From the IMG/VR virus record IMGVR_UViG_3300029760_000001: a stretch of DNA of 64,000 nt, one strand, 5' to 3'. The notes under the pieces were generated by a model. The model saw nothing but the letters and a program-made list of their open reading frames with translations. It searched no databases and was not told the origin of the DNA. This document shows positions 1 to 9,631 of the stretch, piece by piece (the stretch's first letter is position 1; every line of letters starts with the position of its first letter). The DNA is from a virus. A program made the position numbers and the translations under genes.

Positions 1-434
1 GTATATATAAAGAAAATCAGAATCTTGAAGAGCTTATTAATCTGTTAAAGGAAAAGGCAGCATACTTATCTTATCCAATTGATGGGCTTGTTGCTGCATA
101 TAATGATATTGCTTATGGATTATCACTTGGAGTCACAGATAAGTATCCACGTCATTCTCTGGCATACAAGTTTTATAATGAAGAATATATTACGACACTT
201 ATTAATATTGAATGGCAAGTTGGTAAAACCGGAATTATTTCTCCGATAGCCGTATTTGAACCTATCGAAATAGAAGGAAGTATTATAACAAAAGCTAGTT
301 TATTTAATCTTTCTATATTAAAAGAAAAATTGGGGCATCCTTATGTTGGACAAAAATTATGGATAATTAAAGCAAACCAAGTAATTCCATATATTACAAA
401 AGCAGAAATGGTGGATGATAAATGGATAATATAA
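1..434 (+). CDS. ligA: NAD-dependent DNA ligase, N-terminal fragment (end of adenylation/OB-fold region), truncated by the window start; ends with its own stop at 432-434
   Basis: The frame from nt 3 translates to ...GLVAAYNDIAYGLSLGVTDKYPRHSLAYKF...EWQVGKTGIISPIAVFEPIEIEG...KLWIIKANQVIPYITKAEM. This is collinear with host LigA (55937-57895) residues ...DGLVALYDDIAYGDSLGRTAKFPRNAFAFKW...VYKANMIIPQIAENL. The stop TAA falls right after the OB domain. Confidence 0.75.
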   Translation, partial: IYKENQNLEELINLLKEKAAYLSYPIDGLVAAYNDIAYGLSLGVTDKYPRHSLAYKFYNEEYITTLINIEWQVGKTGIISPIAVFEPIEIEGSIITKASLFNLSILKEKLGHPYVGQKLWIIKANQVIPYITKAEMVDDKWII

Positions 435-982
435 AAATAGAAATATGGAAAGATATAATAGGATATGAGGGGTATTATCAAATAAGTAATTTAGGTAATG
501 TTAAAAGTTTGAATAGAATTGTAAAAAATAAAAATGGTTATAGAAATACTGGCGAAAGATTATTAAAAATTTATTTACCTAAAGATAGTCAGCATTATCC
601 ATTTGTTATTTTATGCAAGAATGGAAAAACTGAAAACAAATTAATACATCGTTTAGTAGCCACAGCATTTGTAACTAATGACGATCCTATACATAAAACA
701 CAGGTAAATCATATAGATGAAAATAAAATGAATAATAGTTCTGATAATTTAGAATGGTGTACTCCTAAATATAATGCAGAATATGGAACAAGAATAGAAC
801 GTACTAAAAAATCTACAACAAATAATCAATCGTGGAAGCGCGTTTTATGCGAAGAAACAGGTAAGACATACAGGTCTATTCGTTCAGCGTCTATGGATAC
901 AGGTGATTGCGAACACACCATTGCAAGAATGTGTAACGGATTAAAAACTAAAAATCTAAAATACCATTGGAGGTATGTATAA
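422..982 (+). CDS. Free-standing HNH homing endonuclease (NUMOD4 + HNH_3-like) inserted inside the phage ligase gene
   Basis: The N-terminus WKDIIGYEGYYQISNLGNVKSL is a NUMOD4-type motif and HIDENKMNNSSDNLEWCTPKYN is an HNH_3-like core. It has its own ATG and overlaps the ligase fragment stop by 13 nt. Confidence 0.7.
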   Translation: MDNIKIEIWKDIIGYEGYYQISNLGNVKSLNRIVKNKNGYRNTGERLLKIYLPKDSQHYPFVILCKNGKTENKLIHRLVATAFVTNDDPIHKTQVNHIDENKMNNSSDNLEWCTPKYNAEYGTRIERTKKSTTNNQSWKRVLCEETGKTYRSIRSASMDTGDCEHTIARMCNGLKTKNLKYHWRYV

Positions 983-1854
983 TGAACAATATAAAATTTA
1001 TTAAAATCCCTGAAGTATGCCCGATTTGTGGTAAGCCGGTGTCTGTCGTAAAAGAGAACGATTCTGAAGTATTGATGTGCATGAATGCTGGATGCAAAGG
1101 CAAGCTTCTGGGTGAATTAAATGCTTTTGTAGGGAAAAAGGCCCATGATATTAATGGATTATCTGAGGCCACATTGCAGCTATTGATTGATACTGGGCTT
1201 GTGACATCACCAATTTATCTGTATTATTTGAAGGATCATTCTACAGAATTGTCCAGATTACCTAGAATGGGAGCAAAGAAAATTGCGAATATTTTAGATT
1301 CTATTGAGTCTAGCAGGAATACTACCATAGAAAAATTTATTGTAGGATTAAATATTCCGTTAATTGGTGGTAGAGCTGCAAAGGATATTGCTAGATATGA
1401 AGAAATAAGAACCAGGGAATTAGGAATGCTCTATCCATTTGAAACATTTATTAAAGATGCTGCTTCTGATTTTAATTTTACCTGTATTGAAGGATTAGGG
1501 ACGGAGCGAAATATTTCTATCCATAGATATTTTAAGGAAAATTATGATTACGTTATTGCTTTGTCAGAACAGTTCATATTTTCGAAAATTAATAATGATA
1601 AAATATCTTCTGAAAGCGATTCATTGTCCGGAAAGAAATTCTGTATCACTGGGAAGTTACATATTTTTGCTAACCGGGATGAACTTGTGGCGGATATAGA
1701 ATCAAAAGGAGGGAAAGTTGTGTCCGGAGTTACAAAGGCAACTGATTATCTAATTACCAATGATAAAAACAGTGGATCTAGTAAAAATAAGAAAGCTTCT
1801 GAGTTGAATATTCCCATTATCAGTGAAGAAGAATACAAAAACAAATTAAATTAA
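967..1854 (+). CDS. ligA: NAD-dependent DNA ligase, C-terminal fragment (Zn-finger, HhH, BRCT)
   Basis: CPICGKPVSV...CMNAGC is a Cys4 zinc finger aligning to host CPACGHGTQ...CTNPDC. The C-terminal BRCT (GKKFCITGKL...ITNDKNSGSSKNKKASELNIPIISEEEY) matches host FVITGSVEHF...NSSKNKKAKELGIPILSEEDF. The true start may be ATG 982. Confidence 0.75.
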   Translation: MEVCIMNNIKFIKIPEVCPICGKPVSVVKENDSEVLMCMNAGCKGKLLGELNAFVGKKAHDINGLSEATLQLLIDTGLVTSPIYLYYLKDHSTELSRLPRMGAKKIANILDSIESSRNTTIEKFIVGLNIPLIGGRAAKDIARYEEIRTRELGMLYPFETFIKDAASDFNFTCIEGLGTERNISIHRYFKENYDYVIALSEQFIFSKINNDKISSESDSLSGKKFCITGKLHIFANRDELVADIESKGGKVVSGVTKATDYLITNDKNSGSSKNKKASELNIPIISEEEYKNKLN

Positions 1855-1863
1855 CTTTTGCTA

Positions 1864-1892
1864 TTGACAAATATGGTTATAAGTGATATAGT
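1864..1892 (+). promoter_or_regulatory. Sigma-A-type promoter (TTGACA, 17 nt spacer, TATAGT) preceded by conserved AAATTAAATTAACTTT box (1844-1859)
   Basis: Exact -35 hexamer, 17 nt spacer and a near-consensus -10. The same architecture recurs at 10555 and 28094. Confidence 0.5.
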
Positions 1893-1940
1893 TGACCTAT
1901 CAAAACGAATTAGATTAACTCAATCAGAAAGGCATGAACA

Positions 1941-2573
1941 ATGATATGTTACTATTTAAAAGGGAAAAATGGAGAGTACATCGCAAGAGATTCAACAGGA
2001 AGAATCAAATTAGTATCTGATCTTGCTGATGCACTCTTGGTTCCTGAAATTGAAAAGAAAAAGATTAAGGCAATTCAAGCAAATAATATTCCAGACGTAT
2101 TAAAAAAATTTGGACCATATGAAATTTGTGAAACCGATTATAATGGAGTTGAAGCAATTACAACAGATGATATAGTTGGTGAAATTATCGGTAGTATAAA
2201 TGAATTTTCAAGTAAGATGAATGAAATTACTGATTATTCAAAAGAACTTAATTCTATTATTTCATATACTGATTCACAAATTTCAGACATTTTGCATTAT
2301 ATTGAATTTCATAAGTTTTCTGCGGCAGAAGGATATAAATTATGCAAAAAGCTGCAAGAGATTTGTGATAGACGAAGAGAAGCTAAGAATAAGATGCAAA
2401 TTATAAATACAATGAAAATTCAATCATGTGCGAGCGTTTTATCTGGAAGTGCTACTAAAAGAATAGAAAAAATTGTGCCAGATAAAAAGTATACTCCAAG
2501 AGTATTTGATGAATTGTTCAAAAAGAATCAGTCTCGAATAAGAAAAGAAAAATCAGTGAAAATAAAAATTTAA
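1941..2573 (+). CDS. hypothetical protein
   Basis: 210 aa ORF with an RBS-like aaaggcatg context and no recognisable motif. Confidence 0.45.
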   Translation: MICYYLKGKNGEYIARDSTGRIKLVSDLADALLVPEIEKKKIKAIQANNIPDVLKKFGPYEICETDYNGVEAITTDDIVGEIIGSINEFSSKMNEITDYSKELNSIISYTDSQISDILHYIEFHKFSAAEGYKLCKKLQEICDRRREAKNKMQIINTMKIQSCASVLSGSATKRIEKIVPDKKYTPRVFDELFKKNQSRIRKEKSVKIKI

Positions 2574-2596
2574 TTAAACAATAAGGAGATAAAAAT

Positions 2597-4666
2597 ATGT
2601 TTAGAGATTTTGTAAAGGCAATCCAGAAAAATTTACAGCAGATGTCTAAAGATTCTTCAAGATTATTCACAGTAAATGTGGACACCGAGGAGCTTTATAA
2701 TTTATATCTGGATTCGTTTCCGGCAGGTACAAATGAAATTTACAGAGAAAGAAGAGAATATGACTGTAGTTGTTGTAGACATTTTATCAGAGACGTTGGT
2801 AACGTCGTATCTATTAAAAATGGTGAGTTACATACCATTTGGGGAATTAATCCAGTATCAGATGATAAATATAATGTAGTCGCAGCTGCGCTTGATGCCT
2901 ATGTAAAACAGAAAGCGGTATTAGGGGTATTCCTCAAAAAAGAGAAACGAATTGGTACTCCTGAAAATAGAGAAATGCTCCCGACAGGAAAAATTAATAA
3001 ATACGAGCATTTCTTCGTAGATCTGCCAGAAATTTGTATCTTTAAGGAATGTTATGGACATACACTTGAAGGTGATTTAAGTCAATTCAGAGATGTCCGT
3101 AATGTATTTAAACGTTCTCTTGATGAAATTAGTAAAGAAGCTGTAGATACTGTACTTGAACTGATTGCTCAAAATTCTTTATATAAAGGTGCCGAATGGA
3201 AAAAGCAACTTACTGAATTTAAGAATTATCAGAAAGAATATGGAAAGCTTACGGATGAACAGAAAGAACTTTGGATCTGGGAAAAGTCAATTGCTGCAGG
3301 TGCCGTTATTGGCAAGATTCGCAACCATAGCATAGGAACATTGCTGGTGAATATTTCCGAAGGAATGGATCTTGACCTTGCCGTTAGAAAGTATGAGCAG
3401 ATTGTAGCCCCTGTAAATTATAAACGTCCAAAGGCAATCTTTACAAAGAAGATGCTTGAAGATGCAAAGAAGACTATTACAGAACTTGGTTATATGGATT
3501 CATTACAGAGAAGATTTGCTACCTTGGATGATATCACAGTAAACAATATACTTTTCTCCAATAAAGACGCAGCAAAGAGAATTACCGGTGCTATGGATTT
3601 GTTTGATGAAATGGAACAGGATGTTGCAATTGATCCAAAACGATTCTCTAAGGTAGAGGAAATAAGTGCAGAAGATTTCATTAAGAATGTTCTGCCTGTA
3701 GCGAAAGAATTGGAAGTATATTTGGAGAATAAACATATTCAGAATATGGTATCTCTGATTGCTCCAGAAGTTGCTGCCGCGAAAACAATGTTCAAATGGA
3801 ACAATGGAATGTCTTGGGCATATACCGGTAATATTACAGATTCAGATATCAAAGAGAATGTAAAAGCTGCTGGTGGTTCAGTCACAGGTATTGTAAGATT
3901 CTCCATTCAATGGAATGACAAAGATGGAAAGGATAATTCTGACCTTGACGCACATTGTATTGAACCAAAAGGTGGAGATCATATTTATTTTGGTTGTGTA
4001 AAATCACGACGTACTAGAGGAGAATTGGATATAGACATTACTAATCCAATCGAACAGTGCAGAAATAGTAATGGAGTTGCTGTTGAAAATATTACATTTC
4101 CATCTAAAGAACACATGATTCCTGGTACATATAAGTTTTTTGTAAATCAGTTCGCATACAGAGGATCTCAGGGATTTAAAGCTGAAATTGAAGTAAATGG
4201 AGAAATTCATTCTTACGAATACAATACTCCAGTACGTGGAAATGTAGATGTTGCAGAAGTAATCCTTGATCAGTCAGGAAATTTCAAAGTAGTGGACAAA
4301 CTTCCAGGAAATTGTGCAACAATCAGTAAAGATGTCTGGGGAATTAAAACTTTGCAGTTTACACCGGTATCAGTTGTATGTTACTCACCAAATTACTGGG
4401 ACGAACAGAAGGGAATTGGTCATCAGCACTTATTCTTTATGCTGAAGGATTGCATCAATCCAGAAGAACCAAATGGATATTACAATGAATTTTTGAAACC
4501 GGAACTTGAGCAGCACCGAAGAGTATTTGAAGCGCTTGGAGCAAAAGCACATGTAAAAGATGTTGATGATCAGCTTTCAGGAGTAGGATTTTCACTTACA
4601 AAGAGAAATGATCTGATTATTAAAGTAAAAGGCGCTACAGAGCGAGTATTAAAAGTAAAATTTTAA
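2597..4666 (+). CDS. large hypothetical protein (689 aa), unknown function
   Basis: Good RBS (AAGGAGAT N6 ATG) and a long uninterrupted ORF. I recognise no motif. The C-terminal half contains FSIQWNDKDGKDNSDLDAHCIEP...GELDIDITNP. Confidence 0.55.
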   Translation: MFRDFVKAIQKNLQQMSKDSSRLFTVNVDTEELYNLYLDSFPAGTNEIYRERREYDCSCCRHFIRDVGNVVSIKNGELHTIWGINPVSDDKYNVVAAALDAYVKQKAVLGVFLKKEKRIGTPENREMLPTGKINKYEHFFVDLPEICIFKECYGHTLEGDLSQFRDVRNVFKRSLDEISKEAVDTVLELIAQNSLYKGAEWKKQLTEFKNYQKEYGKLTDEQKELWIWEKSIAAGAVIGKIRNHSIGTLLVNISEGMDLDLAVRKYEQIVAPVNYKRPKAIFTKKMLEDAKKTITELGYMDSLQRRFATLDDITVNNILFSNKDAAKRITGAMDLFDEMEQDVAIDPKRFSKVEEISAEDFIKNVLPVAKELEVYLENKHIQNMVSLIAPEVAAAKTMFKWNNGMSWAYTGNITDSDIKENVKAAGGSVTGIVRFSIQWNDKDGKDNSDLDAHCIEPKGGDHIYFGCVKSRRTRGELDIDITNPIEQCRNSNGVAVENITFPSKEHMIPGTYKFFVNQFAYRGSQGFKAEIEVNGEIHSYEYNTPVRGNVDVAEVILDQSGNFKVVDKLPGNCATISKDVWGIKTLQFTPVSVVCYSPNYWDEQKGIGHQHLFFMLKDCINPEEPNGYYNEFLKPELEQHRRVFEALGAKAHVKDVDDQLSGVGFSLTKRNDLIIKVKGATERVLKVKF

Positions 4667-4706
4667 TATAATTAAATTAAACAAATAGAAAGAGAGGAAT
4701 AAAAAC

Positions 4707-5087
4707 ATGGAACTTACAAATATTTTTGAGGCGGCAACAAGATATAAATACAGATTCCCGTTCAAAGGAATGATTTCAGTAGAGGATTTATGGGACCTGA
4801 AATTACAGGATCTGGATTCAGTATTTAAACTGCTGAATAAAGAGAAAAAACAGAGTGATGAAGAAAGTCTGTTACAGGTTAAATCTGAAGCAGACCAGGA
4901 GCTGGAAAATAAAATTCAGATTGTAAAGTTTATCGTACAGGTGAAACAGGCAGAAACTGCAGAGAGACTAGCTGCAAAAGATAAGAAAGAGCGCAATCAG
5001 AAGATTATGAGAATCATTGAAAGAAAGCAGAACGAAGCTCTGGAAGGCAAGAGTCTTGAAGAACTGACAGCCATGTTAGAGGAGTAA
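4707..5087 (+). CDS. hypothetical protein (charged, coiled-coil-like)
   Basis: 126 aa ORF with an AGAGAGGAAT RBS and the conserved AATTAAATTAAAC box just upstream. Confidence 0.45.
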   Translation: MELTNIFEAATRYKYRFPFKGMISVEDLWDLKLQDLDSVFKLLNKEKKQSDEESLLQVKSEADQELENKIQIVKFIVQVKQAETAERLAAKDKKERNQKIMRIIERKQNEALEGKSLEELTAMLEE

Positions 5088-5090
5088 TAT

Positions 5091-5264
5091 ATGGGAATAC
5101 TTGGAAATATTGCAGGGTTTCTGTTTATGGTGATTGTGATATTGATTTTACTACTAATTTTGTGTTTTATATGTGCTGCGGTGTTAGCTGTAATTGTAGA
5201 GGCTATATACGAGGAAACCGGAAAATTAGAAGCTTTGTATAATATTTTACGCAATCTTCTTTAA
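5091..5264 (+). CDS. small hydrophobic membrane peptide (57 aa)
   Basis: ATG follows a GGAG; the product MGILGNIAGFLFMVIVILILLLILCFICAAVLAVIV... is one predicted TM helix. It is absent from the ORF track only because it is shorter than 60 aa. Confidence 0.35.
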   Translation: MGILGNIAGFLFMVIVILILLLILCFICAAVLAVIVEAIYEETGKLEALYNILRNLL

Positions 5265-5274
5265 GGGAAATAAA

Positions 5275-6021
5275 ATGAAAACATTTACAAAAAGAATTCT
5301 TTTACTTGCTTCGATACTCCTTATTTGGAGTATCGCTGCAAGACACGTAAATCCCTTGTTCGTTCCGGAACCAGTTACGGTATTTGATGATCTGATAGGC
5401 ATGATACGTACAGGACAGTTGATTAAGGCAATTGAATATTCGTTTCTAAGAATAACTGCTGCTACATTTATATCTGGAGCAATAGCATTTCCTATAGCGA
5501 TTCTGGTTTATAATTCCAGAATTGCTAAGGATATTCTTAATCCGATAATCAGTGTTATGCGATATATTCCGGTGACTGCATTTTATCCATTGCTTATTAT
5601 GTGGTTCGGGATAGATGAAATGATGAAAATTGTATTTTTGTTTATCGCAACATTCGTATATATGATGCCGTCAGTTGTATTATGCCTGGAGGAAGTAAAC
5701 AACGATCTAATAGATACCGGACTTACAATTGGAATGAGCAAATTACAAACGATATGGAGAATTCAGATTCCGGCATCATTGCCAGGAGTATTAAATAGCT
5801 ACATTATGATGTATGGAATTGGATTTACATATATTGCAGTAGCTGAAACAATAAATGCTCAATATGGACTTGGATATATAATCCAGCAATCATCTTCCAG
5901 AGGAAGAACAGATTTAGTATTTATGGCAATCATTGTGATTATGATCATCAGTGTTATATTTGATTATGTATCTAAATGGTTAGTAAGGAAAATTTTTAAG
6001 TGGAGGTATATAAATGATTGA
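5275..6021 (+). CDS. ABC transporter permease, SsuC/TauC/NrtB family (BPD_transp_1)
   Basis: Six hydrophobic segments with an EAA-like loop region ([22 protein letters not shown]). The overall pattern is typical of sulfonate/nitrate/taurine-type permeases. Confidence 0.7.
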   Translation: MKTFTKRILLLASILLIWSIAARHVNPLFVPEPVTVFDDLIGMIRTGQLIKAIEYSFLRITAATFISGAIAFPIAILVYNSRIAKDILNPIISVMRYIPVTAFYPLLIMWFGIDEMMKIVFLFIATFVYMMPSVVLCLEEVNNDLIDTGLTIGMSKLQTIWRIQIPASLPGVLNSYIMMYGIGFTYIAVAETINAQYGLGYIIQQSSSRGRTDLVFMAIIVIMIISVIFDYVSKWLVRKIFKWRYIND

Positions 6022-6625
6022 AATTCATAATTTATACACAGGATACAGTAGAGATAAACCACTTTTATCTGGGTTTAATTATAATTTTGATAATAAGATC
6101 TACGGGATCCTTGGAGAATCTGGATGCGGCAAGACAACTTTGTTAAGGACGGTTGCAGGATTAATCAAACCGTTATCTGGAGAAATTATCATAGATAATA
6201 ATCCGGTTACAAAAGCAAGTAAAAATGAAGTATATATGATGCATCAGAACTATACTTCTTTTGATTGGTTAAATTGTCTTGACAATATACTAATTGCTAA
6301 AAAAGTTAAAGGCCATGTAGAACCAGAAGATATAGAAGCAGCTAAGAAGATGCTTTATTTAGTTGGTCTGAATGGAAACGAAAATAAATATCCTAAGCAG
6401 CTATCTGGAGGTATGAAACAACGGCTTGCGTTAGCCAGGACGTTATTTGCAAAACCAAAGATTCTTTTAATGGATGAACCATTGTCAGCACTGGATGCTG
6501 AGACACGAAGTAATATGCAATTGTTAATTATGGATTTGCATAGGTTACTTGATAATACTGTAATCATGGTCACACACAGTGAATCAGAAGCAAAGATAAT
6601 GTGTGATGAAATATTGAAATTTTAG
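6014..6625 (+). CDS. ABC transporter ATP-binding protein (short, SsuB/TauB-like)
   Basis: Walker [10 protein letters not shown], signature [13 protein letters not shown], Walker [13 protein letters not shown] and H-loop VTHS are all present. The start overlaps the permease stop. Confidence 0.75.
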   Translation: MIEIHNLYTGYSRDKPLLSGFNYNFDNKIYGILGESGCGKTTLLRTVAGLIKPLSGEIIIDNNPVTKASKNEVYMMHQNYTSFDWLNCLDNILIAKKVKGHVEPEDIEAAKKMLYLVGLNGNENKYPKQLSGGMKQRLALARTLFAKPKILLMDEPLSALDAETRSNMQLLIMDLHRLLDNTVIMVTHSESEAKIMCDEILKF

Positions 6626-6637
6626 GAAGGACATACA

Positions 6638-7171
6638 ATGGGAATTTTAAAAAACTTATTTGTGGAAGAAGTACCGGATGAGACACCTGATATTCCAGAT
6701 ATAGATACTGATTTTGATACAACCGAGACTAACGCAGAGCTTGATTCAGTCAATACTGACACTTTGATTGATGATATTTACAGCCAGAATAATCTGGCAG
6801 ATAAAACACAGTCAATTTTTAAAGTGGAAGAGTTAATAAAATCATTTCCAAAGGAAATGACGACAGAAACAAAAAGAAATTCAGTATTGGCAACACTTGG
6901 TGTATTTGGCTTGACAGTGACTGATGTTGAGGCAGACGGAGAAAAAAGAGTTGATGTTTTAAGCGACATTCTCTCAAAGATTATTTGTGATTCTGAAACT
7001 GTTGTTACTGAAAAAGAAAATGCCATTGAAGAACACAAAATGGAAATCGAGCGCCTGGAAAAGGAAATTGCTGATCAGAGGGCTGAAACAAAAACATCTG
7101 ATGAAACTATTACTACTGAAATTGATAGAATCAAAAATTTAATTAACTTTACTATTGGAGGAAATGCATAA
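6638..7171 (+). CDS. hypothetical acidic protein
   Basis: 177 aa, D/E-rich N-terminus and coiled-coil C-terminus. It sits inside the ABC cassette. Confidence 0.4.
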   Translation: MGILKNLFVEEVPDETPDIPDIDTDFDTTETNAELDSVNTDTLIDDIYSQNNLADKTQSIFKVEELIKSFPKEMTTETKRNSVLATLGVFGLTVTDVEADGEKRVDVLSDILSKIICDSETVVTEKENAIEEHKMEIERLEKEIADQRAETKTSDETITTEIDRIKNLINFTIGGNA

Positions 7172-7908
7172 TGGAACTTGGTAAACTAATTTTTATTGTT
7201 GCAGTGGTTGTTATTGTATTGATACTGATCCTGTTTCCGGAAGCAAGAAAATTACTGTCTGGATTTACTAGATTATTTATCAAAGATATGGCAACCACAC
7301 CAGAAGGAGCAGAGGCTATCTACGAAGAAAAAATTGACCAGGCTCAGGAATCTTATAATAAAGCGGATAATGCATATAAGATTGCTGCTGGAAAATTAAG
7401 CAATGCACAGAAAGATCTCGATAGGAAAAGAAAAAGACTTATTAATGTTGAAGCAGAGTGTGAATCTCTGGTTAAAACTAATCAGATCGAGCTTGCACAG
7501 TTAAAGGCAGAGGAAAGAGAAGAGATTCTTTCAGATATTCGCAGAGTTACTGGATTGGTAAATGCTTATAAAGAAGCTACAGACGCAGCAAAAGAGACGC
7601 AGGAAAGATGTGAAAAGAATCTGAGAAGTCTGAAGCGTGAGAGCAAAGAAGTTGTGGAGAATATGAAAGTAAAGAAGCAGCTTCAGGAAGTCTATGATGA
7701 TATGGATGAATTGAAAAATGTCACGGCAACAGATAAATTGCTTGATTCTGTTCGAGATAAAAACAGAGATCTGGATGCTATTGTGGAAGGATCTAAAGTA
7801 GTACACAATAATAAGATGTCTACCAAACTTGAAAAGGCTGAAGCGGAAGCAAAAAAGAATAACAGCAATGATTATCTGAACAGCTTGAAAAAGAAATATA
7901 ATAAATAA
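7171..7908 (+). CDS. hypothetical membrane-anchored coiled-coil protein
   Basis: N-terminal TM helix (LIFIVAVVVIVLILILF) followed by a long charged helical region. Confidence 0.4.
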   Translation: MELGKLIFIVAVVVIVLILILFPEARKLLSGFTRLFIKDMATTPEGAEAIYEEKIDQAQESYNKADNAYKIAAGKLSNAQKDLDRKRKRLINVEAECESLVKTNQIELAQLKAEEREEILSDIRRVTGLVNAYKEATDAAKETQERCEKNLRSLKRESKEVVENMKVKKQLQEVYDDMDELKNVTATDKLLDSVRDKNRDLDAIVEGSKVVHNNKMSTKLEKAEAEAKKNNSNDYLNSLKKKYNK

Positions 7909-7919
7909 GGAGTAGTAAA

Positions 7920-9518
7920 ATGAAGAAAGCAAAAAGATTTAGATTAACTAAAGCAGCAAAAATTCTGATTATGGTTCTGATTGTAGCTTTAATTGGTGGA
8001 GGTATTTTTGCAGGAGTACAAACCGGAGTAATTCAGACGAAGAAAGATAAAAAGGAATCAATCGTAGCAAAGACAGATGATACCGATACAAATAAAGAAA
8101 ACAGTGCGAACAAAGATAATAAAACTGCAGATGATGATACAACCATCAATTTATCATTAGATGAATGGATCGGTTGGAAATCCATTATTGACGCTAATGG
8201 CGGCTTAACAACTCAGTCAGGTTCCATCTATGATAAACTTGGCGTAAAAGTAAATATTAATGTTATTAACGACGCAACACAATCAAGTAATGCTCTGATT
8301 AAAGGAGATCTGAACGCTGCAGGTTATACAATCAACAGAACTGCATTCTTATCTAAGAAATTCACTGATGCCGGAAAAGAAGTGGTGATGCCGTATATTA
8401 CAAATTACTCAAATGGTGGTGACGGTATTATTGCGAAGTCTTCTATTCAGAATGTAAATGATCTTGTAAATGCTAAAATTGGTGTACCAGAATTCTCTGA
8501 AGCTCAAACACTTGTAGTATGGTTTGTAAATAATTCTGATCTTTCTAATAAAGCCAAAGCAAAGATTATTGATAATCTTGTATTGTTCTCAACACCAGAT
8601 GATGCAGCAAAAGCATTTTTTGCCGGTCAGATTGATGTTGCAGCAACCTGGGAACCATACCTGACTCAGGCAAAGAATATGACAGACGCACATGTATTAT
8701 TTAGCACTGCAAGTTCTTCAAATCTTGTTATGGATGGAATTCTGTTTGATAAGAAATTTGCAGAAGCACATGCAGATGTAGTAGAGAAATTTATCCAGGG
8801 ATCTCTGGAAGCTGCAGATATGTATAATACAGAATTTAATGCAATCCGTGAAGTAATGCCTATGTTTAACACTGCATCAGATGAAGATATTGTAGCAAAT
8901 ACGGAGTCTGCAAAACTGACAACATGGAAAGATAATTTAGATCTATTAAATGGAACTGCAAAGACAATTTATTCAGATATGTGTAACGTATGGACATCAA
9001 TTGGTGAGTCTGTAAATGCTGATCTTGTTAATAGTATTTTTGATGATACATATATTAATGCTATTTCAGATAAATTTAGTGCAACGGAAGTGTCTAATAC
9101 AAATACTGTAAAGGTTACAGAGGATAATAAAAAGGAAATTCAGGATACTGAAGCTTTATTACAGGGTAAAGCATCTGTTACATTTATTCAGAATACGGCA
9201 AAATTCTCTGATTCTGCTGCAGCATCTAAAGAACTTAATAAGTTTATTGACATTGCAAAGGTGCTTGACGGTGCAATCATTGAAATTGCAGGAAATACAG
9301 ACCCTAATCCGGAATCAGATCCTGAAGACGAGTATAATCAGAAGTTGTCCTTACAAAGAGCAGAAGCTGTTAAAAACTATTTTGTTATGAATGGAATTTC
9401 TAACGGACGTATTGTAGTAGTTGGAAATGGATCCAGCAATCCTGTTGTTGATAATGATACTGATGAACATCGCGCAATGAATAGACGTACTGATGTATCA
9501 TTTAAGATCATTGAGTAA
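7920..9518 (+). CDS. Membrane-anchored NMT1/SsuA-like substrate-binding domain fused to a C-terminal OmpA-like peptidoglycan-binding domain
   Basis: N-terminal TM helix. The middle region (KVNINVINDATQSS...GYTINRTAF...KIGVPEFSEAQTLVVW...IDVAATWEPYLTQA) resembles SsuA/NMT1-type SBPs. The C-terminus (LSLQRAEAVKNYF...NRRTDVSF) matches the OmpA_C motif. Confidence 0.55.
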   Translation: MKKAKRFRLTKAAKILIMVLIVALIGGGIFAGVQTGVIQTKKDKKESIVAKTDDTDTNKENSANKDNKTADDDTTINLSLDEWIGWKSIIDANGGLTTQSGSIYDKLGVKVNINVINDATQSSNALIKGDLNAAGYTINRTAFLSKKFTDAGKEVVMPYITNYSNGGDGIIAKSSIQNVNDLVNAKIGVPEFSEAQTLVVWFVNNSDLSNKAKAKIIDNLVLFSTPDDAAKAFFAGQIDVAATWEPYLTQAKNMTDAHVLFSTASSSNLVMDGILFDKKFAEAHADVVEKFIQGSLEAADMYNTEFNAIREVMPMFNTASDEDIVANTESAKLTTWKDNLDLLNGTAKTIYSDMCNVWTSIGESVNADLVNSIFDDTYINAISDKFSATEVSNTNTVKVTEDNKKEIQDTEALLQGKASVTFIQNTAKFSDSAAASKELNKFIDIAKVLDGAIIEIAGNTDPNPESDPEDEYNQKLSLQRAEAVKNYFVMNGISNGRIVVVGNGSSNPVVDNDTDEHRAMNRRTDVSFKIIE

Positions 9519-9631
9519 GGAGTAATTATGGTTGCTTTAAATATAGAAACATTTGTTGTATGCCTTGTCATTGCTTTTCTGGCAGGCGTGGTGGTAAAAA
9601 CTATTATATCGAGAAAATAAAGGTGTGCAAT

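Noticed and set aside
422-982. Intein hypothesis for the ligase interruption
   Set aside because: The N-fragment terminates with TAA and the HNH ORF has its own ATG in a different frame. No in-frame intein, no C-terminal HN/extein Cys/Ser junction.
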